Shown in pieces: positions 12,301 to 22,300 of a stretch of DNA of 64,000 nucleotides. The first letter of the stretch is position 1; each line of letters begins with the position of its first letter. The notes below the pieces were generated by a model. That model was not told the origin of the DNA. It did no database searches and saw only the letters and a program-made list of their open reading frames with translations. The position numbers were made by a program, and so were the translations under genes. Origin of the DNA: Auanema rhodensis (lineage: Eukaryota > Animalia > Nematoda); NCBI GenBank assembly GCA_964057225.1, contig OZ059897.1:2790001-2854000 (forward strand), written 5' to 3'.

Positions 12301-15300
12301 TTAAAAATGCACCGAGATATCAACTGATATATGTTCTCACTTATATCCTCGATTTTCACCCTGAAGAAATGATTTTTTCGTTGAATAACATTGTCCATCG
12401 TCTTTGTCTTGAAAAAAGAAATCTAAAAACATCTACTTTTTGTGAAATTATTTAGAAATTTTTCGGGAAACTTTTTGTCAAAATGTTTTTGGAAGCAATG
12501 TTGAGTGTACATGGGAACTCAACATACACTAATGCATTATTTTTCAAACGATCATAACTAATTTTTGTATGGAGCGTTTCTCAATGTAGTATAGTGCATT
12601 CGATGCGGATTTTTAAGCTGCGTTGATCTGTGTTATCAGATTTGAGTTAGCTTAAAAATGCACCGAGATATCAACTGATATATGTTCACACTTATATCCT
12701 CGATTTTCACCCTGAAGAATTAATTTTTTCGTTGAATAACATTGTCCATCGTCTTTGCCTTGAAAAAAGAAATCTAAAAACATCTACTTTTTGTGAAATT
12801 ATTTAGAAATTTTTCGGGAAAATTTTTGTCACAATGTTTTTGGAAGCAATGTTAAGTGTACATGGGAACTCAACACACACTAATGCATTATTTTTCAAAC
12901 GATCATAACTAATTTTTGTATTAAGCTTTTCTCAATGTAGTATAGTGCAGTCGATGCGGATTTTTAAGCTGCGTCGATCTGTGTTATCAGATTTGCGCTA
13001 GCTTAAAAATGCTCCGAGATATCAACTTATATAAGTTCACACTTATATCCTCGATTTTCACCGTGATGAATTAATTTTTTCGTTGAATAACATTGTCGAT
13101 CGTCTTTGCCTTGAAAAAAGGAGTCTAAAAACATTTACTTTTTGTGAAATTATTCAGAAATTTTTCGGGAAAATTTTTGTCAAAATGTTTTTGGAAGCAA
13201 TGTTGAGTGTACATGGGAACTCAACATACACTAATGCATTATTTTTCAAACGATCATAACTAATTTTTGTATAGAGCGTTTCTCAATGTAGTATAGTGCT
13301 GTCGATGCGGATTTTTAAGCTGCGTTGATCTGTGTTATCAGATTTGAGTTAGCTTAAAAATGCACCGAGATATCAACTGATATATGTTCACACTTATATC
13401 CTCGATTTTCACCCTGAAGAAATGATTTTTTCGTTTAATAACATTGTCCATCGTCTTCGTCTTGAAAAAAGGAATCTAAAAACATCTACTTTTTGTGAAA
13501 TTATTCAGAAATTTTTCGGGAAAATTTTTGTCAAAATGTTTTTGGAAGCAATGTTGAGTGTACATGGGAACTCAACATACACTAATGCATTATTTTTCAA
13601 ACGATCATAACTAATTTTTGTATAGAGCGTTTCTCAATGTAGTATAGTGCTGTCGATGCGGATTTTTAAGCTGCGTTGATCTGTGTTATCAGATTTGAGT
13701 TAGCTTAAAAATGCACCGAGATATCAACTGATATATGTTCACACTTATATCCTCGATTTTCACCCTGAAGAAATGATTTTTTCGTTTAATAACATTGTCC
13801 ATCGTCTTCGTCTTGAAAAAAGGAATCTAAAAACATCTACTTTTTGTGAAATTATTTAGAAATTTTTCGGGAAAATTTTTGTCAAAATGTTTTTGGAAGC
13901 AATGTTGAGTGTACATGGGAACTCAACATACACTAATGCATTATTTTTCAAACGATCATAACTAATTTTTGTATAGAGCGTTTCGTAATGTAGTATAGTG
14001 CATTCGATGCGGATTTTTAAGCTGCGTCGATCTGTGATATCAGATTTGAGTTAACTTAAAAATGCACCGAGATATCAACTGATATATGTTCTCACTTATA
14101 TCCTCGATTTTCACCCTGAAGAAATGATTTTTTCGTTGAATAACATTGTCCATCGTCTTTGTCTTGAAAAAAGAAATCTAAAAACATCTACTTTTTGTGA
14201 AATTATTTAGAAATTTTTCGGGAAACTTTTTGTCAAAATGTTTTTGGAAGCAATGTTGAGTGTACATGGGAACTCAACATACACTAATGCATTATTTTTC
14301 AAACGATCATAACTAATTTTTGTATGGAGCGTTTCTCAATGTAGTATAGTGCATTCGATGCGGATTTTTAAGCTGCGTTGATCTGTGTTATCAGATTTGA
14401 GTTAGCTTAAAAATGCACCGAGATATCAACTGATATATGTTCACACTTATATCCTCGATTTTCACCCTGAAGAATTAATTTTTTCGTTGAATAACATTGT
14501 CCATCGTCTTTGCCTTGAAAAAAGAAATCTAAAAACATCTACTTTTTGTGAAATTATTTAGAAATTTTTCGGGAAAATTTTTGTCACAATGTTTTTGGAA
14601 GCAATGTTAAGTGTATATGGGAACTCAACACACACTAATGCATTATTTTTCAAACGATCATAACTAATTTTTGTATTAAGCTTTTCTCAATGTAGTATAG
14701 TGCAGTCGATGCGGATTTTTAAGCTGCGTTGATCTGTGTTATCAGATTTGAGTTAGCTTAAAAATGCTCCGAGATATCAACTTATATAAGTTCACACTTA
14801 TATCCTCGATTTTCACCCTGATGAATTAATTTTTTCGTTGAATAACATTGTCGATCGTCTTTGCCTTGAAAAAAGGAATCTAAAAACATTTACTTTTTGT
14901 GAAATTATTCAGAAATTTTTCGGGAAAATTTTTGTCACAATGTTTTTGGAAGCAATGTTAAGTGTACATGGGAACTCAACACACACTAATGCATTATTTT
15001 TCAAACGATCATAACTAATTTTTGTATTAAGCTTTTCTCAATGTAGTATAGTGCATTCGATGCGGATTTTTAAGCTGCGTCCATCTGTGTTATCAGATTT
15101 GAGTTAGCTTAAAAATGCACCGAGATATCAACTGATATAGGTTTACACTTATATCCTCGATTTTCACCCTGAAGAAATGATTTTTTCGTTGAATAACATT
15201 GTCCATCGTCTTCGTCTTGAAAAAAAAAATCTAAAAACATCTACTTTTTGTGAAATTATTTAGAAATTTTTCGGGAAAATTTTTGTCAAAATGTTTTTGG

Positions 15301-18300
15301 AAGCAATGTTGAGTGTACATGGGAACTCAACATACACTAATGCATTATTTTTCAAACGATCATAACTAATTTTTGTATTAAGCTTTTCTCAATGTAGTAT
15401 AGTGCAGTCGATGCGGATTTTTAAGCTGCGTTGATCTGTGTTATCAGATTTGAGTTAACTTAAAAATGCACCGAGATATCAACTGATATAGGTTCACACT
15501 TATATCCTCGATTTTCACCCTGAAGAAATGATTTTTTCGTTGAATAACATTGTCGATCGTCTTTGCCTTGAAAAAAGGAATCTAAAAACATTTACTTTTT
15601 GTGAAATTATTCAGAAATTTTTCGGGAAAATTTTTGTCAAAATGTTTTTGGAAGCAATGTTGAGTGTACATGGGAACTCAACATACACTAATGCATTATT
15701 TTTCAAACGATCATAACTAATTTTTGTATTAAGCGTTTCTCAATGTAGTATAGTGCAGTCGATGCGGATTTTTAAGCTGCGTTGATCTGTGTTATCAGAT
15801 TTGAGTTAACTTAAAAATGCACCGAGATATCAACTGATATATGTTCACACTTATATCCTCGATTTTCACCCTGATGAATTAATTTTTTCGTTGAATAACA
15901 TTGTCGATCGTCTTTGCCTTGAAAAAAGAAATCTAAAAACTCCTACTTTTTGTGAAATTATTTAGAAATTTTTCGGGAAAATTTTTGTCACAATGTTTTT
16001 GGAAGCAATGTTAAGTGTATATGGGAACTCAACACACACTAATGCATTATTTTTCAAACGATCATAACTAATTTTTGTATTAAGCTTTTCTCAATGTAGT
16101 ATAGTGCATTCGATGCGGATTTTTAAGCTGCGTCCATCTGTGTTATCAGATTTGAGTTAGCTTAAAAATGCACCGAGATATCAACTGATATAGGTTCACA
16201 CTTATATCCTCGATTTTCACCCTGAAGAAATGATTTTTTCGTTGAATAACATTGTCCATCGTCTTCGTCTTGAAAAAAAAAATCTAAAAACATCTACTTT
16301 TTGTGAAATTAATCAGAAATTTTTCGGGAAAATTTTTGTCAAAATGTTTTTGGAGGCAATGTTGAGTGTACATGGGAACTCAACATACACTAATGCATTA
16401 TTTTTCAAACGATCATAACTAATTTTTGTATAGAGCGTTTCTCAATGTAGTATAGTGCATTCGATGCGGATTTTTAAGCTGCGTTGATCTGTGTTATCAG
16501 ATTTGAGTTAACTTAAAAATGCACCGAGATATCAACTGATATATGTTCACACTTATATCCTCGATTTTCACCCTGAAGAAATGATTTTTTCGTTGAATAA
16601 CATTGTCCATCGTCTTTGCCTTGAAAAAAGAAATCTAAAAACTCCTACTTTTTGTGAAATTATTTAGAAATTTTTCGGGAAAATTTTTGTCAAAATGTTT
16701 TTGGAAGCAATGTTGAGTGTACATGGGAACTCAACATACACTAATGCATTATTTTTCAAACGATCATAACTAATTTTTGTATAGAGCGTTTCTCAATGTA
16801 GTATAGTGCATTCGATGCGGATTTTTAAGCTGCGTTGATCTGTGTTATCAGATTTGAGTTAACTTAAAAATGCACCGAGATATCAACTGATATATGTTCA
16901 CACTTATATCCTCGATTTTCACCCTGAAGAAATGATTTTTTCGTTGAATAACATTGTCCATCGTCTTCGTCTTGAAAAAAAAAATCTAAAAACATCTACT
17001 TTTTGTGAAATTATTCAGAAATTTTTCGGGAAAATTTTTGTCAAAATGTTTTTGGAAGCAATGTTGAGTGTACATGGGAACTCAACATACACTAATGCAT
17101 TATTTTTCAAACGATCATAACTAATTTTTGTATAGAGCGTTGCTCAATGTAGTATAGTGCATTCGATGCGGATTTTTAAGCTGCGTCCATCTGTGTTATC
17201 AGATTTGAGTTAGCTTAAAAATGCACCGAGATATCAACTGATATAGGTTCACACTTATATCCTCGATTTTCACCCTGAAGAAATGATTTTTTCGTTGAAT
17301 AACATTGTCCATCGTCTTCGTCTTGAAAAAAAAAATCTAAAAACATCTACTTTTTGTGAAATTAATCAGAAATTTTTCGGGAAAATTTTTGTCAAAATGT
17401 TTTTGGAAGCAATGTTGAGTGTACATGGGAACTCAACATACACTAATGCATTATTTTTCAAACGATCATAACTAATTTTTTATAGAGCGTTTCTCAATGT
17501 AGTATAGTGCATTCGATGCGGATTTTTAAGCTGCGTTGATCTGTGTTATCAGATTTGAGTTAACTTAAAAATGCACCGAGATATCAACTGATATATGTTC
17601 ACACTTATATCCTCGATTTTCACCCTGAAGAAATGATTTTTTCGTTGAATAACATTGTCCATCGTCTTTGCCTTGAAAAAAGAAATCTAAAAACTCCTAC
17701 TTTTTGTGAAATTATTTAGAAATTTTTCGGGAAAATTTTTGTCAAAATGTTTTTGGAAGCAATGTTGAGTGTACATGGGAACTCAACATACACTAATGCA
17801 TTATTTTTCAAACGATCATAACTAATTTTTGTATAGAGCGTTTCTCAATGTAGTATAGTGCATTCGATGCGGATTTTTAAGCTGCGTTGATCTGTGTTAT
17901 CAGATTTGAGTTAACTTAAAAATGCACCGAGATATCAACTGATATATGTTCACACTTATATCCTCGATTTTCACCCTGAAGAAATGATTTTTTCGTTGAA
18001 TAACATTGTCCATCGTCTTCGTCTTGAAAAAAAAAATCTAAAAACATCTACTTTTTGTGAAATTATTCAGAAATTTTTCGGGAAAATTTTTGTCAAAATG
18101 TTTTTGGAAGCAATGTTGAGTGTACATGGGAACTCAACATACACTAATGCATTATTTTTCAAACGATCATAACTAATTTTTGTATAGAGCGTTGCTCAAT
18201 GTAGTATAGTGCATTCGATGCGGATTTTTAAGCTGCGTCCATCTGTGTTATCAGATTTGAGTTAGCTTAAAAATGCACCGAGATATCAACTGATATAGGT

Positions 18301-18940
18301 TCACACTTATATCCTCGATTTTCACCCTGAAGAAATGATTTTTTCGTTGAATAACATTGTCCATCGTCTTCGTCTTGAAAAAAAAAATCTAAAAACATCT
18401 ACTTTTTGTGAAATTAATCAGAAATTTTTCGGGAAAATTTTTGTCAAAATGTTTTTGGAAGCAATGTTGAGTGTACATGGGAACTCAACATACACTAATG
18501 CATTATTTTTCAAACGATCATAACTAATTTTTTATAGAGCGTTTCTCAATGTAGTATAGTGCATTCGATGCGGATTTTTAAGCTGCGTTGATCTGTGTTA
18601 TCAGATTTGAGTTAACTTAAAAATGCACCGAGATATCAACTGATATATGTTCACACTTATATCCTCGATTTTCACCCTGAAGAAATGATTTTTTCGTTGA
18701 ATAACATTGTCCATCGTCTTTGCCTTGAAAAAAGAAATCTAAAAACTCCTACTTTTTGTGAAATTATTTAGAAATTTTTCGGGAAAATTTTTGTCAAAAT
18801 GTTTTTGGAAGCAATGTTGAGTGTACATGGGAACTCAACATACACTAATGCATTATTTTTCAAACGATCATAACTAATTTTTGTATAGAGCGTTTCTCAA
18901 TGTAGTATAGTGCATTCGATGCGGATTTTTAAGCTGCGTT

Positions 18941-18944
18941 GATC
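18941..18944. other. Target-site duplication, left copy (GATC)
   Basis: An uninterrupted monomer reads GCGTT-GATC-TGTG; here it reads GCGTT-GATC-[element]-GATC-TGTG. Confidence 0.95.
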
Positions 18945-19295
18945 AGTTATATTAGAGGAAACAAAAAGATCAAATAAGCAAACGATTTATTATAAAAAAA
19001 ATAGAAATAATCAAACAAAAAATGAAAACAGAATCCCAAACTGCCTTTAATTTATTTCGAAAAAACAACAATACAATTTTTAGGCCAAAATTATGAATTT
19101 GGTTGCAAAAGATGATTACGGTAGTTTCATTGTCAAGGGAGCATTCTTTTGAAGACCAATTTTATCTTCTTTTTCTTTCATCGTAATTGAATCCAATCGT
19201 TTCTAAATGTTATTTTCAATGATATTTTGTTGTTATAAATATCATTCATAATATTCTATAATCAATATATTTAACAATATTCTCATTTCTTAACA
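18945..19295 (-). repeat. 3' LTR (351 bp)
   Basis: Identical to 25125..25475; preceded on the minus strand by the PPT and followed by the GATC TSD. Confidence 0.97.
18986..18991 (-). terminator. Putative polyadenylation signal AATAAA in the 3' LTR
   Basis: AATAAA about 40 nt from the LTR 3' end followed by T/GT-rich sequence; a second candidate lies at 19051..19056; AT-richness limits confidence. Confidence 0.45.
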
Positions 19296-19307
19296 TCCCC
19301 TCCCTTC
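19296..19307 (-). promoter_or_regulatory. Polypurine tract GAAGGGAGGGGA
   Basis: Pure purine run on the minus strand abutting the TG of the 3' LTR. Confidence 0.92.
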
Positions 19308-19341
19308 GAAACTTCGCGTCCCGAGATGTTCAACACTTTTT

Positions 19342-22300
19342 TCATTCAAAAAAATAAAAAATACACAAAAACACACATATATATAACTCATGATAGAACA
19401 TTGCTTTTCTCCTAAGAAGACAATTCAGTACTGTTTTTTTGCAGTGGATCATTTTAATTCTGACTTCTCTGCGTCTTTTAACAGTTTCAACTGATTTATC
19501 ATCTATCGTAGATGGAATTTTTATTAGAAGATCGTATTGTATCTTCAAAGGTTCGCCTTTTCCCGAAATTTCGGTGATTAATGCCGACGTTTTATAAGAC
19601 TCTATTATACGATATGGTCCCTTCAAATCATTTATCAATTTTTTATTGACATGTTTACTTTTTTCGTTTATCATTTTCAGATATACTCTATCTCCTACTT
19701 TGAATTCTTGTATGTTTTTACAATTTTTCTTATCGTAATACATTTTGAATTTTTCACGCTCTTTATCGTTCCGTTCTATTGCTATATTTCGTGATAGTCT
19801 AAATCCCTCCAACAAATCAACTTTATATTCATCTAATTCATACTCTACTAAACTTGTTTTAGTTGGTTCTACAATATTAGATACCAAATATGGTTCGAAC
19901 CCATGTAAAATAAAAAACGGGGATTCACCAGTTGCTTCGTGTGGTGTTGTATTATACGCATATGTTACAAACGGAAGTAACTTGTCCCACTCAGACGGAC
20001 TGTTTCCTGCCTTTTTCAGAGCTCTTTGAATTGTTAAATTCACTCTCTCTGTTATACCGTTTTGTCTAGGATTATATCCCATGGTGGTGATCCATTCGAT
20101 CTTGGTTATCTTTTTTATTTCTTCCACTATTTTGTTAACAAATTCGCTTCCTTTATCAGACAGGAACTGTTTAGGCCATTTGGCGCCTTCACATATCCAT
20201 TTTTTAACTTTTATATCAGCTATTGTTGCTGCAGATTTATCTGGTACTGCGTATGCACCTAACCATTTACTAAAATGGTCTATTACGGCTACTACATAAC
20301 GATTGTTGGATGTGGTTCTACCTAGATCCATGACATCAATTCCAACTAGCTCATAAGGTTTTTCTGTTCGATATGGCTGTAATAATGGCTTACTTTTTGT
20401 TTTATTGTTTGCTAAAAAGCACTTTTTACACTCACTGTGCCATTTTCTCACATCTGAGTCTAAGCCTTCCCAAAAAAATTGTCTCTTCAGAGAACGTATA
20501 ATTTTTTTCGGTCCAAAATGAGCTCCAAATAATCCTTCATGAGCTTCTTTATATATATCATATCTTTTTGACGGAGGAATGACTAATAATTTCTCACCCT
20601 TCTCGTTGATATAATACAAGTTTTCTTTTGCAATTAGAAAATCACCGACAAATAGTTTATGTGCCAGTTTTGGCAAAAAAATTCTCTCTGTGAGTTTTTC
20701 ATCCCTTCTGAGATTGATAATATTTTTGTAATTTTCATTCATCATTAATTCAGCTATATTATCTCTCATTTGTAACGAACAAATATATTTTATATCTGAG
20801 TCACTTTCAAGATCAAAATTATCTTGAACTGGAACACCTCGCGATAATGCGTCCGCTATAACATTTCCTTTTCCTTTGACATATTCAATAGTTATTCTGT
20901 ATCGCTGTACCATGAGGCTCCATCTCAACATTCTCCCACTTGCTGTCTTCTTGAACAGACATGTCAATGGTTGATGATCAGTTTTCACAACTGTTTTTTC
21001 AGTATTATAAATGTAATATTGAAACTTCTCTAGCGCAAATACAATAGCCAGAGCTTCTAAGTCTGTTACATGATAATTTTTTTCCGCTTTCGACAAACCT
21101 TTAGAAACAAAGGCAATCGGGTGTAGAAAATTATCTTTTGCTTTTTGACATAACACCGCTCCTACACCAGATGCACACGCATCAGTGTATATAATATATG
21201 GGTTTTTACCGCTATTTGCACCTTCCCAGTCAGGCTGTATTAGTACAGGAGCTTGAGTGAGCTTTTTCTTTAGAATTTCAAAAGCCTCTTTTCTCTCTCG
21301 GGTCCATTCCCATTTACTTTTTTCACTTGTCATTTCGTGCATTGGTTTAGCAATTGCTGCGAAATTTAGCACAAATTTTCTGTAATACGACGCCATTCCC
21401 AAGAATGTTCTTAGTTCAGCAATTGTATTTGGTAAGGGATACTTTAAAATTGCCTCAATTTTATTTGGATCGGCGTGAATACCTTCTCCGTTTACTTTGT
21501 GGCCCAAATAATCCACTTCGTTTTGTAAAAGTTTACATTTAACCGCTTTCAACGATAAATTTGCTTGTTTCAGCGCTTCAAAAACTTTCTTCATAACTTC
21601 AAAATGTCTTTCGAAAGTATCTGTTGCAATCATTATATCGTCTATATAAACAAAAACTTCATTGCTTTTGAGTAAATCTCCCAGAGCTTTGTCCATCATT
21701 CTTTGGAATGTTGGTGGACTAGTTGCTAAGCCAAAAGGACATACTACAAATTGAAAAGATCCTTCGCTGGTCACGAAAGATGTTTTCTCTTTATCTTCTT
21801 CGGAAAGTTTTATTTGCCAAAACCCCGACGATAGATCAAATGTGGAAAATATTTTCTTCCCGTTCATCGATCTAAGAATGATATCTATCGTTGGTATTGG
21901 ATAAGCATCTAGTTTTAAGACCTTATTCAGTTCTCTATAATCTATACAGAGTCTGATGGATTTGTCTTTTTTCTCTACTAAGACTACAGGGCTTGCCCAT
22001 GCGCTTTGGCTAGGTTCTATAATCCCTCTTTGTAATAGGTCTTTTATAATACCTCTAAACTCATTTTTTATACCAAACGGCACTGGTCGTACTTTTTGAC
22101 GAATAGGACTCGCATCTCCCGTATCAATATTCATAGTGACAATATTTGTTTGCTGCAGATCAGCATCAACCAACGCAAATATCGCTGAATAATTTTCTAA
22201 AAGGTCTTTGACCTTTGGATCAAAGGTTACACCACTTTTCTCTTCTAAGACTGCAATGACTTTTTCTGCTCTTCCAACCGGATCTGTTGCTTTAGCGTAT

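Larger units (their letters stand above)
1..18944. repeat. 351-bp tandem satellite array, left of retrotransposon (about 54 monomers, continues beyond window start)
   Basis: CAGATTTG recurs at 1, 352, 703 and so on with period 351; monomers differ only by a small set of recurrent substitutions and rare 1-bp deletions. Confidence 0.99.

Noticed and set aside
18945-19295. Satellite derived from the LTR
   Set aside because: Equal length but no alignable sequence seen on either strand by eye.
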